DNA of 63,637 nucleotides, the filler included, from Reticulomyxa filosa (Eukaryota > Protista > Foraminifera), in assembly GCA_000512085.1 (NCBI GenBank). It is 22 parts of 22 records of this genome, joined end to end, with 100 filler letters (N's around TTAATTAATTAA, not from the genome) between each part and the next. Parts side by side here need not be neighbours in the genome. Positions count along the whole stretch, not along the records: positions 34,229 to 36,154 come from ASPP01003727.1; positions 36,255 to 37,999 come from ASPP01041070.1; positions 38,100 to 46,674 come from ASPP01004446.1; positions 46,775 to 47,928 come from ASPP01034441.1; positions 48,029 to 49,185 come from ASPP01019384.1; 17 more parts are not named here. One strand, given 5' to 3'. Positions 34,972 through 49,285 of this stretch are shown piece by piece (position 1 is the stretch's first letter; each line of letters opens with the position of its first letter). Under the pieces are notes generated by a model, which searched no databases, was not told where the DNA came from, and was given only the letters and a program-made list of their open reading frames with translations. A program made the position numbers and the translations under genes.

Positions 34972-36154
34972 ATGACTACTTTTCTTAATGAAAAAGAAAC
35001 TTCAACACAACATGCATTGGTAAGTTTCACTTTAATGTTATCTTTAGGTTTTTTACTGCTTGTGATTTATGAATTAACTAGTCAAACGAAGAAGAGATTC
35101 AACTAATTATTCGACATTGGATTCGAAACTTAAATATCAAATTAGGATGGATTCATAATTTTGACAAACTTGTTGTCAATTATGTTATGTTTTTTTTTCC
35201 AATGGAAATTAAAGTGTTCAAATGTTCATTTGTTGTTATCATTATTTCATACAGGCAACTACCTTTTTTATTTTTGACGCGTTTCGTGTATCGTCTAATT
35301 TACGGGACACATTCACTGGACATTCCAAGATTGTGTGTAGTATTGATTATTTTACACTCAATGGTTGTCAATATCTTTGTTCTGGATCAACTGATAAAAC
35401 AGTTCGTGTATGGGATATAGAGGCAAACAAACAGATTCAATTATTTAAACATTCAAATGCTGTACATTGTGTGAAATTTTCATCATATCTTTATCATAAC
35501 TATCGTCGTAATGTCATTTGTTCTGCATCAGCTGATAAAACAATTTGTTTCTGGGATTTCAAACATAATCGACAATTGAGAAGATTCGATGAGCCTGATC
35601 ATATTTATGGCATTGAATTTTCACCTTTTAATAATGGTCGATATTTATGCTCTGGATCTGAAGACAAAACAATTCGTTTATGGGATGTCGAAACATCCGA
35701 AATATTACATGTTTTTAAAGGGCATAAACACGTTGTCGAAAGTGTTGCCTTTTTGCCATTGCAAAGCAATAACAATGATAATACTAACAAAAGCAATAAT
35801 ATTGGTGGTAATGGATATACGATTTGTTCTGGATCATGGGATAAAACCATTTGTATATGGGATATTGAAACGACAAAACAATTGACTATATTTAAAGGAC
35901 ATACAGATTGGATAAGGGATGTAAAATATGGATCAAATGAATTAGGAAATAGTGGTGGTTCAAATACAATATTATCTGGATCAAATGATTTTAGTGCGCG
36001 TTTGTGGGATATTCGATCTGGTCAACAAATTCAAATATTCAAAGGACATACACATTATGTGACGGCTGTTGAATATTCATCATTTATAGTAAATAATATC
36101 GAAGTCGGTAGTGGTAATTCAAATGTAATATGTTCTGGATCATTGGATAATACA
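34972..36154 (+). CDS. Lineage-expanded WD40-repeat protein (3' partial)
   Basis: Exons 34972-35019, 35082-35183 and from about 35255; repeated GH...ICSGS.DKT..WD units. Confidence 0.9.
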
Positions 36155-36254
36155 NNNNNNNNNNNNNNNNNNNNNNNNNNNNNNNNNNNNNNNNNNNNTT
36201 AATTAATTAANNNNNNNNNNNNNNNNNNNNNNNNNNNNNNNNNNNNNNNNNNNN

Positions 36255-37527
36255 GTCCAATGTGTTGTCAACGTTGACAATAGTGATTGCGTCCATGAAG
36301 CTTTGGTAGCAAGGCATCCCTGAGCTGTTATCGTCATTTCTCGTGAAATACGTGTCAGTACTCTCCTGGTACGACTCGCCCTTCTGTTGCTCGAGCAACG
36401 TCGATTGCAACCTGCTCGTCCATGTTTTCTCCATGTTTGTGACGTCACACGCTCTGATTGCATGCAGCTGCTGTTGGGCATTACCAATCCCAAATCCGAA
36501 AATTCCACTTTTCGACGCTTGGAAGGCGTTGATCTGATAATATTGCCATCATTGCTCTCTTCAATTAATGCGAATAGCAACAATAATCTCAACAATTGAC
36601 AATAAGAAGAAGTTGCAAAGCGAGAGAGCAAGCGAGCGAGAGGGAGAGAGAGAGAGAGAGAGCTCTTTTGGATCCGGTTATGCAAAGATGAAGATGTGAT
36701 GTCTGGGACAGTGCAGTGCAAACCTGACTGCTGTTGCTGTTGCAGTATGTAATGGCATCCGATGTGAAAGACTTCCAATGATCCCATCTGATGTCCCATG
36801 CGATATACAAATTGCATCTGCTGTATCTCCGGCGTAATTGAAATGGGACGGTGCATCATTTCATGGAGGGTACGCATTGTTGTGTTGCTGCTGTTGCTCT
36901 CATCATCACCATTACTATCATTACCACATCGCCACTATTCCATCAGATTCTCATCCTTCGACTCTATCACAGACCGAACCACGCTTTCTCCTTTTGTCTC
37001 TTGTCCATACGAACACGGATATGGACCGTTGCCAAATCCATTGTGTCGTCTCCACGTGGTGACATTTGATCAAACAACCAATTCGTTGCTGATTGCTCAT
37101 TACCCGTTTTTGCTGCTTTTCCTAAAGGGTTTCACCCCCATTTTTTTTTCATAGTACCAGATTTTACACAGTCAGCAAAAAACGTCGTCACTTCAATCTT
37201 TTTTTTTTTTACTTTCTTCTTCTGTGCCCTATTGTCAATGTTGTCGATTGGACCAATGGAAGTGCTATCATTTTTTCTTTCAATATCTTTATTTTTGTTT
37301 AGAAGCAGGCTTGTTTGTAAGTGATTATAGAATGTGTCCGTTTGTTGAGGTTGGTTTGTGGCACTGATCTCAGCTGCTGGCTTTTGTGTAATCGTCACAT
37401 TTTCAGTGTTGTTGGATATCTTATGCATTATGTTCACAGGTACAGGCGGTTCCGGAAGTAACGTGTCAAAATTGTCTGGTCCTTTCGTGAGTTTGTTATT
37501 TTTGAGTTTAATGGTAGGTACAACCAA
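36255..37527 (-). CDS. Hypothetical low-complexity protein (fragmented)
   Basis: Chain of minus-strand ORFs with a PSKRRKV NLS-like motif; no recognised domain. Confidence 0.3.
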
Positions 37528-39172
37528 TAAACAATACTGTTGTTCTCACAGTACCGTCGAAAGCAGTTAAGTTCAGTTGTTCAAACTAAGATACGTATAT
37601 AAACTTTAAGGAATTTTTTTTGACTTGTTTTGTGTTGACTAAACATTAATTACTTTTTAGTGTATTCATTAGTGATAACACTCGAATTACTACGATTTAG
37701 TAACTTAAGTTGTTGAAAGATAAGCTTACTATGTTAGCTCTTGCGTATTTTTGCATATTTCTAGCCTTTTCTATTTTCCTTTATGAAATACTTTTTTTAA
37801 AGTTTTTTGATTTAAAAAAATTAAAAAATGTGAAAGAATTTTTAATATTACAAACTCGTTATTATAAAGTTTTTTTAAATGAAAAAGGTAGGATTGATAG
37901 CACATACGAAGCATGTTGCCCATTGAAGTTGAAAAAAAAAAGGAAGGTTAATGCTAGGAGACCTACCTTCAAGATTCCAGACATCAACCACTACATTATN
38001 NNNNNNNNNNNNNNNNNNNNNNNNNNNNNNNNNNNNNNNNNNNTTAATTAATTAANNNNNNNNNNNNNNNNNNNNNNNNNNNNNNNNNNNNNNNNNNNNA
38101 TCGGTTAGAGGTGATTTTTACTGCTTTGTTTTTTTTTTTTTGCTCAAAACTGGCTTTTTTGATGTAGTATTTCTTGTGTACAGAATTTGAATAACTCTTA
38201 AAATATTTTGCAATTACAATTCGTTTTTAGTACTTTTTCTCTTCTCTTTTTTTTAATGGCAAAAACTGTCCATTTTTGAGAATTTACTGTTAGACCTTTT
38301 TTTCTTCTATCAGCTTGAGATCAAAAATCAAGATTTTATTTTTTGATTCGAATTTTGCCATAGTTGCAGTGCAGAATATCCTTTTTTAACGTATTAATGA
38401 TGAACATTGATTTCTCAGCGTCGACGATCATTAATTCCTTTTTGTCTTTGGCCCTTGTGAGGTCCTTTGTTTTCGGTTTGATCTTCTGTCGACATGACTG
38501 CATATCCATGTATAGAATCTAACTTTATTTTAAAATCTTCACCAGTCAGCAGACTAGATCCTCGCCAAGATGATGGACAGTAATTTGTGTTTTATACAAA
38601 TATGGACAACACTGCTAATTTTTGTATAACTGATTTTCTTATTGTAGTAATGTAATTTAATTACAAAGAATATTTTAACTGTTTCCTTGCTCTTGTTTTT
38701 ATTCATCAAAACAAAGAGATATGAAATAAAATAAAATGATTTTTTTTGTTACATGCTGTATTCTTTGATTCATTGGTGTTGCTTTCTTCTTCTAATTTAC
38801 GCTTTATTTTTTGTATGTTTAAGTAAAGTAATAAAATATTATATTATTGATAAAACAGCTTTTTATTTTGTTATTTGAACAAAGTGCATGATATGTTTGA
38901 TTTTTATGATAACCAAATGCCAAAATAATATTAACTTGAAAGAGAAAATAAAGATTCTGAAAAAATATTATTCCAAGAATCCGTTTACATTCACTTATTG
39001 TGGTTGGACTTTAATATCTTTTCGACACATACAACATATTTTATGCGTGCTATTTGATGATATTTCGACAAATCATCAAAAGAAAAGTATTGAAGATGAA
39101 TTATTGGATCAAGTCAAACTTTTGTCAATGTCTTTCACTTAAAAAAAAAAGTGAAAAATTAAAAAATTACAT

Positions 39173-40084
39173 TTATATATGTTCTCCCCAAACATTAATT
39201 GATCCTTTGATTGAACCATAACATAAGTTAACACAAATATTATCATTTGATTTTTGTTCATTGTTATTTGCTTTCTTTTTCAATTCCATAAATTTAAGAC
39301 AGAATATTTCATCATCTAATTTCATCACACGCAATTCATTATTATTTGATCGAATATCCCAAAAACGAATAGTTTTATCACATGATCCAGAGCATATCAC
39401 ATTTGAATTACCAATATTGTTCTTTATTACAAATGGTGAATATTCAACAGCATTCACGCTAATTCTATGTCCATTGAACACTAGAATTTGCTGACCAGAT
39501 CGAATATCCCACAAACGAACACTTTTATCTGCAGATCCAGATAATATTGTATTCACTAATCCATTTGATCCATATTTTACACTATTCACATCATTGTCAT
39601 GTCCTTTGAATAAATTCAATTGTTTTGTTGTTTCAATATCCCATATTCGAATGGTATTATCAAATGATCCAGAACAAATGAATTGATTATCATCAAATGT
39701 TGAATAATCAATACTATTCACGCAATTATTATGTCCAGTGAATATATTGATTAAATTGGATGATGAATGAAACGTGTCAAGCATGAAGAAAATCCCTGCC
39801 TATGTTAGAATGTAATTATGAATATTATGAATAAATATACATTTGTGATTAAATGAAAATAAAACATAACATAATTGACAACAAATTTATCGAAATCATT
39901 GATCCAACCTATTTAATATTTAATATTCGAATCCAATTTCTGATAATCACTTGGATATCTTCTTCCAACTAGTTTAACCATAAGTAACACAACAAAAACG
40001 ACGGTAAAATAATTCGTCTTTTGAAAGATTGAAATGAAGATTACCAATACTGGTTGTATTAAATCTTGTTTTTCATTTATCATT
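39173..40084 (-). pseudogene. WD40-repeat protein of the same family; N-terminal shared exon frameshifted
   Basis: Intact WD40 exon 39173-39800; the upstream EDIQVIIRNWIRILNIK/GWINDFDKFVVNY exon (about 39871-39972) is broken in an A-run, which could be a sequencing error. Confidence 0.7.
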
Positions 40085-40652
40085 CTTATTTTTTCTTTTT
40101 GATGTAGTCTTAGATGGTGCAAGATGAAAAAATTTAGAACTTTTTCTTTTAAGATCAACGGAAGGGCTGTCAAAAGCCGTTAACAAAACTCAACAACGTA
40201 TGTAGTTTCTTTTTAAAATAGGATGATTTGTTTGAAATCATTGTTAAACTTAAATAAATGTATACTTCAATACTTAAATCGATAATCTTAGAATGCATCT
40301 ATACTTCTTTGAAATTGATGCAATCTTTAGTTTCTTGCCGATATCAACAAGTTCAACTTTTCTTAAATTTAAGGACCAACTTTATTATGCGAACATAATC
40401 TGTAATTTCTTGCAAAAGGTCAGCTGCTATTTTTTTCTTTTCACTTACTAATCATAAATAAGTAGAGTAGATATTAGATTTTTTGTTGTCATTTTCATTA
40501 ATTTTCCAAAGATAAAAAATAAATGAACCAAACTATTCGATAATGTTTTAAAAAAACAACCACTTCATAAAATAAAGTTTCAAAATCCCTCTTTTTTACA
40601 CAACCTTTTTTGGAAGAAAAAAACTCTTAATAATAATAAAGAAACATTTTTC

Positions 40653-40808
40653 AGTTCTGGCTGTTACAACCAAGGCTGGGTTTTGTTAACCAATAAGCCA
40701 CAGAAATTAAACTCATTAATCTGCTATATTTGCAAACAAATTGCAAAAAACGCAGTGGAATTGCATTGTGATGAACAATTTAACAACATGAACATTGCGA
40801 ATTTGTGA
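40653..40808 (+). pseudogene. Truncated RING/TRAF-type zinc-finger remnant
   Basis: SGCYNQGWVLLTNK...LICYICKQIAKNAVELHCDEQ followed by a stop. Confidence 0.5.
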
Positions 40809-41545
40809 AGGGTAAGTCTTCAAGTCAAAGTTTTAGAATTGTTCAAAGATCAAAATGATCATCACTTTGGCCACATAACAACCTTCGATCACACAAAAAG
40901 AATAAAGAGTCAAATCATTGATGAGAACCATTATGAACAATTTATTTGCATCTTCAACATAGTCTTTAAATGAAGTTAATAAAATTTGCCAATAATCTTT
41001 TTTCAAATTTCATAAAGGTTTTAACTGTAAAACTTTTAATTAAGTATTTGTTGTTTCAAATGCAATTATATTAAGCAATTTTTTATTAAAACAGAATAAT
41101 TATCATAAAAAACATGTAATTATTTATTTTACAATGTTTAAAAAAACAATTTTTTAAATTTCTGATTATTACAACAAGTTACTTTGTTACTCGAATTACA
41201 AGGTGACATTTGATTCCTTGGTTTACATAATGATTGTTTTGGAACCATTTATTATCCACTTTAGAATAGTCTCACCAAAGGCAGTAAATATAATGATCTT
41301 ATTTGCAGAAATTATCAATTTGCTAAAATTTGGAGTGTCCCATGCAAATAAGAATTTAAAAACACAAATAATAAACTAAAAAAATCTTGCGGTTTCGAAA
41401 AGAGTTTTCACAAGTATTTTTTTGGAGAGAAGAAAATTTTGCATTACTTTGCAAAAGCGAAATGCTATCAACTTGTCGAGAGTGTGCTTGCATACTCCCC
41501 CTTTTTAAAAAAATCTAAATTTCATAGTTCCTCAACATTAACAAC

Positions 41546-42775
41546 ATGGGTAACCAAACCACAACCCTCTTTCAAACCTTAAAAGAGTTGCCCATTCCAC
41601 TTTCTTACTCTCAATGTGTACTACACAAACATGAACTCCTCATTTGTGGAGGTTACGACCGAAGAGCTTGTTATTCTTATCATACAGTCAAAAATGAATA
41701 CAAGTTTATCTGTGAGTATCCAAGTAATGTCAGATTAAATGGACACTGTGTAGTGAAACTGGTAGATAACAATAATAGCAACAACAAACATAGCAGTCAA
41801 ATCACTTTATTGTCTTTTGGTAGTGGTGGATGTTCCATAAAAGGGCATACATTGGTGATGAAATATGTAAGTGTTTGGAATAATGATGATGATAATCACA
41901 ATCAATGGATTCCCTTCACTGACAATCACAATAATCCAATTATCATTGCAAAAGATTATAATTATTATTGTGGAGCGCGTGCAGTGATTAGTGGAAGCAA
42001 CAATAGTTTGTTATTTATCACTTATTTTGAAAATAATATTAGTGTGTTTGATTTAAATACATTTCAATTTATTAAACATGATACTTTACCAATTCATGAT
42101 TGGATATGCTATCACTGCTTTGTATCAAATTCAGAAAATGGACAAGGACAAGAAATAATGATGAAGACAAATAAGCAAAATTATCAAATGCTGTTGTTTT
42201 ATAAAAAAACAGGATTATTAATTGAATATGATGAAGATAACAACACTTTTCAATTTTTTAAACTCCCTGTTTGTGAGGATATTGAGCAATTCTATAAATA
42301 TGCATATGTGTGTATTAATAATGTCATTTTATTACTTGGTGGATCGAATTATAATAACAGCGTTGTTTCAAAGTCAGTACACAAGTATTCAATTCGAGAA
42401 AACAAATGGATGACATTTAAAAACATTTTACCCAGTTCATTGTTTGATTGTGTTGCAGTATTAAGTGAAGAAGACAATAATATACACATCATTGGAGGAG
42501 AAGATGATAAAAGGATAGCATTATCAGTCCACACGAAGACAAAATTGCGTGTATGGGATTTTTCATACTTGGTAATGATTTGTTTATTATTTTGATGAAA
42601 CAAAAATAAATTGTATTGTATGAAGCTAAGTGACAAATAATAAATAATAAATAATGAATAGTCAAAAAATGAAATAAAATTTATTATTCAACACTGGATT
42701 CGAGGCTTGAAGATAAAAATAGGTTGGATTTATGATTTTGATAAAATTATTATGAAATACAGCAGAATGAAATAA
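41546..42775 (+). CDS. Lineage-expanded Kelch-like beta-propeller protein (exons 41546-42571 and 42662-42775)
   Basis: LKELPIPLSYSQCV..HELLICGG, ILLLGG...VHKYSIRENKW, IHIIGG; GT-AG intron 42572-42661. Confidence 0.85.
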
Positions 42776-43329
42776 TTTTTAAGAAGCAAAATTGTAAGAT
42801 TTGTTTAATTTTCCAAGAAATCTTTTTTATACTTAAACATTCGGGAAAAAGCACAAAATAAGTAATGAAAAAGTATCTAATGGTAATTTACCTATTTTCT
42901 AAAAATTTTTTATTTGTCATTAAGACAAAATATGTCATTATCAGAAATTGGACAAATGTAGATATTTTTCCAAATGATAATTAGTTATATTATGTTCTTA
43001 TCTCTACAATTTATTTTCGATTTATGTGATTTGAATTAAAGAAAAATTTTAGAAACTTCTTTCTAATTCATCTCTGCAATTTCTTCTTTGCTTAAATTGA
43101 TGAAGTACTTGAGATTTGCTTGCATGCAATGAATTAAAATATTATTATCAATTTAATTTTAATATTTTATTGTTCAGTTTTTTTTTTTGTTATAAATAAT
43201 TTTTTTTCTTTTCTGTTTATATTCGATTGGCCTGTTTGTTTTAGAAAAAGGACAAATCTTGTAGTTTTTAAATATTAAATTTTTTTTTTTTTTTGCTAAT
43301 TTTTTTTATTGTTGATTAAAAGATCTAGG

Positions 43330-43440
43330 TTTAGTGGAGGAAGTATCATGATTTAGGCTTATTTCGGTGCAAAAAGTGTTGGTAATGACTGCAAGATAGA
43401 AGGTGGTATGAACCATGAAATTTATAAAGATATATTAGTA
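43330..43440 (+). mobile_element. Tc1/mariner (DD34E-type) transposase remnant
   Basis: FSGGSIMI*AYFGAKSVGNDCKIEGGMNHEIYKDIL matches the Tc1 segment GGGSVMVWGCF...GVG.L..IEG.MN...Y..IL. Confidence 0.75.
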
Positions 43441-45664
43441 TGGCAGTTTTTTCTGCAATATACTGTATGTGACTTGGGCTGAGTGCTGAATTTTAACTGG
43501 ACTTCGGGCAGTCATAGTATATATCGATGTATCATAACGCCACCAATCTTCATTGAACGACGATCCAATATATTGTGCTGTAATTATCATATCAGGTTTT
43601 CATACTCGCAGCACGTATACGTTTTTTTGCATTACCACATATTAAAAAAAACACTTATTTTAGTGTTGCAAAAAAATAGAAAAACACAAGTTGACTATAT
43701 AAAATGAGAAGAAATTGTGATTTGAGATTATTTTTTTTAATATTGTACTTGTTCTATGCCTTTACTTACAGTCTATATTTTTTTATTTTAAAAAGAAGAT
43801 AAATTTATTTTTTACTTAACTATAATTTTAGTATCCTCTGGATAGAAAATTTTTGTAGCCATGCTCCAACATTAAAAAACAAAAATTATTGTTTTTTTTT
43901 TCTTCTTTTTTTCTTAAGTTTTTTTATCAATTTTTTTATTTTTTTCCATTCTTTTTCAATTATCAATTTTTCACTCTTTCTGCATCTTTTTTTAAAGCAA
44001 ATACATAAATATGTGACTCTTGTTTGTGTGTAGCAAAATCCTTTTTTTAATTTTTAAAGAACACCAAAAAAAAATATGTCCTATTATTTGCGTAGTTCAA
44101 ACTCATTTTAAATTTATTTTCCTGTGGTGTTATTTTGTGTGTGTGTGTGGATGTGAGCAAATATGTAACGTTTTTTGGGGTTGGGGATTCCTGTATACAA
44201 GCACACAACAAATGAATATATTTCTATTTAAAAAAAAAGATAGAACAAATCTGTTTTACTCTTTTCAGAGACTGGTGTTGATTCTGCACAAACAAGTAGT
44301 ATCCTTGGTGTTGGTTCAAAGAATCCATCTCCTTTCCAACATGTGAGAAGTTTGGTGTGACAAATGGGGACATGACGAAAACGATTATCTCGCGAACGTA
44401 AACAAACTGAAAATGGAAAAGCCATTGCAACTTCTCTTTAGGATGAAAACAGATTTGCCATTGGACAAATGGCGGAAAAGGTACTTTGTGATAGCGCACA
44501 ATTTGGGAATATTTAAGTTGTTAAAATGGGGTGTCCGATGAAGTTGAAACATGTACAGTTGCTCAATGTACACTATCTCCTTTTTTTTTTCTGTCACTTT
44601 TTGATATGAAAGAAAACGTTTTGAAGAATTGAAGATGCAGATTTGTGCTTTGGGTGTTCATTTTAAAAAATTTTTAAGGGCGTTGTTTTTGTATAATAAA
44701 AAATAGTTATCCTATTTCATAAAAGTTTGAACTTTTCATTAAATGCTTTTGCCTTAATAAGTAGATCAGTGAAACTAGGAAAAATATTCGAAATACAATA
44801 TTATCTGAATCAGGTAATAATTGTTCTTTTTTGAAAAAAAAATTATGTTGAATTGCAAGTATCATACAAAATCTTATTGACTTGTGGTATGTAAAACATC
44901 ATTTCTTTCGTTCTGTTCATATATGCTCTGCAACAGCACAAAATGCAACTAAAGAGAGAGTTGTTTGAATGATTTGATCCTTTTTGATTGAACTAAAAGC
45001 AATACATTTCATTTGCTAACTAACATATATATATTTGAGCATTTCTCTCATTTAAATCTTTAATTTACACTTGTTTAAAGGAATTATCAACTACACATTA
45101 CGCATTCTTACGAGTTTAATGTTACTAAAAATAATTGTCATAACTACTGATAATTTACTCCCTTTGTAGAAAGACGTTAAAATAAAAAATTTTGACTGAT
45201 TATCAACAATTCGTCAATTACTTTGCAAATCTTTTGTTTTTTTGTTTGATCAAAAAAAAGAAATGCAATTACAAAATAAGATACAAAAATAAATGATATT
45301 TGAATTTTTCAAAATTGTTACACATTCTATTTTATTTAGGTAACCACACATAAATATTAAAAGAGTTTCAAAAAAACACTTTTGAAAAGTTATTCAATTG
45401 TTAATGGCTGATACATTAAATAGATAAAGATTAAAACTTATAAAAAATCAGCAATTTACATAGATACTTTATTTGATGTATTCAAAAATTAAAAATAAAT
45501 TTTTACCTTGGTTTTTTTTAGTTATGATTCTATTTTTGTAAAGATTATTTTTTCTTTTTCTTTGAAAAATGAAAAATATATTTTATTATTTAAGTATTTT
45601 GTCGTTGTCTTTTATTTTTGCTTAATTTGAAAAAACTATTCATCATGGAGAATGATAATGTTGT

Positions 45665-46140
<476 letters not shown>

Positions 46141-46784
46141 CAAAAGGTCTAATCAGACTGACCATTCGTTTGTGTGCGAAGCTGTTGCAATTCAGTAAGT
46201 CTACGCTTTTAAATTAACTACCGCAAGTGCTAAATCAAGATAGTTTCTAAGCAAGACTGGAACTTGTGACCAAAGTTGCCAACGTCCCAATTTGCTGCAC
46301 CTCACATGCAGGCACAATAACGAATGGATAGCCTACGTCACGCAGGAACATGCGACCACATTGAAACACATATACTTCTTGTTTCCAAAATACATTCACC
46401 ACTGATGTTGAAAAGTTTTTCACCGATATTGCCAAAACCTGCTCGGACAGGGTGCCATCTTCAACCAGGTCCGTAATGCTTTTATACATTTTTAATCATA
46501 CCTCGCACTTTGAGCAACTTTCGACTGGTCTTGGAACAGATCTTTATTTCTTCGCAGATTGTATCTATCAAGACAGTACCGACAAACATTTACAGTAGAT
46601 TGCAAAAAAAAATGCCATACCTAAATGGCACTATATGAAGAGAATCGATTTTCCCATGAAAAATAAGATTTAAANNNNNNNNNNNNNNNNNNNNNNNNNN
46701 NNNNNNNNNNNNNNNNNNTTAATTAATTAANNNNNNNNNNNNNNNNNNNNNNNNNNNNNNNNNNNNNNNNNNNNAAAAAATATT

Positions 46785-46789
<5 letters not shown>

Positions 46790-46822
<33 letters not shown>

Positions 46823-47875
46823 CTAAAAGAGTGACAATTTGACAACCAATAGGCAAACACCTCTCATCGACTTGAAAGGTCGAATTGTGATGGCTATGAA
46901 CTGGAAGATCGCCTTCGACTCCACAGCCAAGGAAGAAGAAAGCCCCGGGTCGTTCTTGCAGTAACAACGCAAAATCATCGGCGACCATGGTGACCAGACA
47001 CTCGGAAAAGCCGTCAGACAGCACCTGTTCGGCGACAAAGTTGACCTGATCAAACCCAATTTTGTGATTCACTGCAGACGGACACGAGGTACCAACACAT
47101 TGCAAGTCCACCTTCACTCCAAATGAGGCTTTCACCACTTTGCAAATTTCGTCCATCCGTTGCACCAGCGTTTGACGTACTTTGTCTCTTAAATACCGAA
47201 GCGTGCCTTCGTCTATTACAAGCACATCCATGTACATATATACATATACATATACATATACATATATATACATATATGTATATATAATATTAGAACCTGC
47301 AATAACATTGGAGCGATATCCAGAAGCTATCTTTCCAATTGTTAACACTGTGCTGTCTAATGCTATAAATAAACACATCAAACAATTTTATTTTATTTTT
47401 TTTTTTTAGTGAAAAGGGTCTCCACTCCCCCCTTCTGAACGTGAGATATTTCTAGGGACAATGGTATGCAATTGTGTGACAAGCTGGGCGACAGCGACGA
47501 CAGTGTCTTTGGTGCCATTAGGGATGGCGGCATGTCCCCCGACGCCTTGAACGGAGATGCGGAAAAAGGAGGCGCCGGCCAACAGAGTTCCCGACCGACA
47601 CTGCACCGACTCGAATGGACTCGAGTTCCATACATGCAATCCATAGACTTGGTCGACATGCGGGCTCTCTAACACGCCTTCGTCTACCATTTGTTTCGCC
47701 CCTCCTCCTCCTGCCCCGCCCTCTTCCCCCGGCTGGAACACAAACTTCACGCTCCCGTGGATGTAACGGCGCAGCTTTGATAGTATCTCCGTCGTTCCTA
47801 ATAATATGGCCATGTGACAGCCATGTCCGCACGTACGCGATACACTTTCTTTCGTTGACTTGAATTCGATGTCAC
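46790..47875 (-). CDS. M20D family amidohydrolase (hippuricase/ILR1-like), partial
   Basis: CGHGCHMAILLG, FVFQPGEEG, VYGLH, GVGGHAAIP, SNVIA, ADDFA, HHNSTFQVDE; spliceosomal introns present. Confidence 0.88.
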
Positions 47876-47896
47876 TAATACAAATTTTTTTTTGCC

Positions 47897-47928
<32 letters not shown>

Positions 47929-48028
47929 NNNNNNNNNNNNNNNNNNNNNNNNNNNNNNNNNNNNNNNNNNNNTTAATTAATTAANNNNNNNNNNNNNNNN
48001 NNNNNNNNNNNNNNNNNNNNNNNNNNNN

Positions 48029-49165
48029 CAAGATATAAAAAACCAAGTTTTTTCGTTGAATTTTTTGGAGGAGGATGACAAAGTGTGATTGGAGACAGAT
48101 AGCTCTTTGTACAATTGAATATAATTTTTTTCATTTGGATAATCAAACAACAATGGTATATATTCATCGCAGATGTTTCGACCACATTCAAAGACAACAA
48201 CTTCCAAGATTTTTCCTTTCAAATTGATATCTGGAATATATTTGTTGGATTTGTGTTTGGAAAGTAATTTTTCGTCAAATTTGGTCGATTTGATAAAAAT
48301 TTTTTCAGCAAATTTGTTTAATCCAACAAAGTGCACACCGTCTTTGGTGATATCATTTGTGCAAATCCAAAATTGTCTCGTATTCAATCGTCGATAATAG
48401 CAGCGGAAGAATTTGCACAATCGAGTCATTTCAGCCACTCTTTCTTTTTTGGTCTGATCAACTTCTTGCTGCAAGTGTTATTATTTATTTTTATATTACA
48501 AATGAATACATATACATATATCAATGAATCAAAACTTTGTCTTTTCCATAAACATGTTCTATTTTAGCAGCTGGAGTCCCTGGCCTAGGAAAAAATGGAC
48601 TAATGAAAACTGAGGGAAATTTCCATTGTCTGACCACTTGCATTGTTTTGTGCCAGTCTTCGGCCGTTTCAGTTGGGAAACCGGTAATAATGTCAGTGCA
48701 CAATTGGATATCAGGGAGTTCCGACATCATGATTTCGCACAAATTGTTCAAGTCTTCGATATTGTATTTACGTTTCATATCAAACAAAACTTGGTTGCTT
48801 CCTGATTGTACTGGAATGTGCAAATATGTGAAAATGCGAGGGTGTTTCAGTGCCTTTTCATTGTTATTTGTCATGCAATAATATATTGATTTTTTCTCTC
48901 AATTTAAAAAAAATCAATGAATAAACTTGAGCGACTCTTTGTGCATGTTCCAAAAAATAAGATGGGTTGGAAATGCCCAATCGCAGCATAACATTGCGAC
49001 ACAACTTATCATCGTCGCAATGTTGGTTACTGTATCTTCACTTTCCAAGTTTATTATTTGAACGCCTTCCTGCACTACCTCTTTGATACGATCAGTAATC
49101 TCTTTGACCGTATAACTTCCCAGATCCCCTCGCGCATGCTTCGTCTTACAGTACGTGCACTGCGC
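48029..49165 (-). CDS. CDKAL1: CDKAL1/MtaB-type tRNA methylthiotransferase (radical SAM), partial and possibly degenerate
   Basis: [46 protein letters not shown]. Confidence 0.85.
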
Positions 49166-49285
49166 ACATTTAAAAAAAAAGGGGGNNNNNNNNNNNNNNN
49201 NNNNNNNNNNNNNNNNNNNNNNNNNNNNNTTAATTAATTAANNNNNNNNNNNNNNNNNNNNNNNNNNNNNNNNNNNNNNNNNNNN

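Noticed and set aside
44260-44580. Possible TSP1/Cys-rich pseudogene; similar coding-like debris at 46250-46620, 51600-52260 and 62664-63637
   Set aside because: Too many stops and no motif I can assign with confidence.
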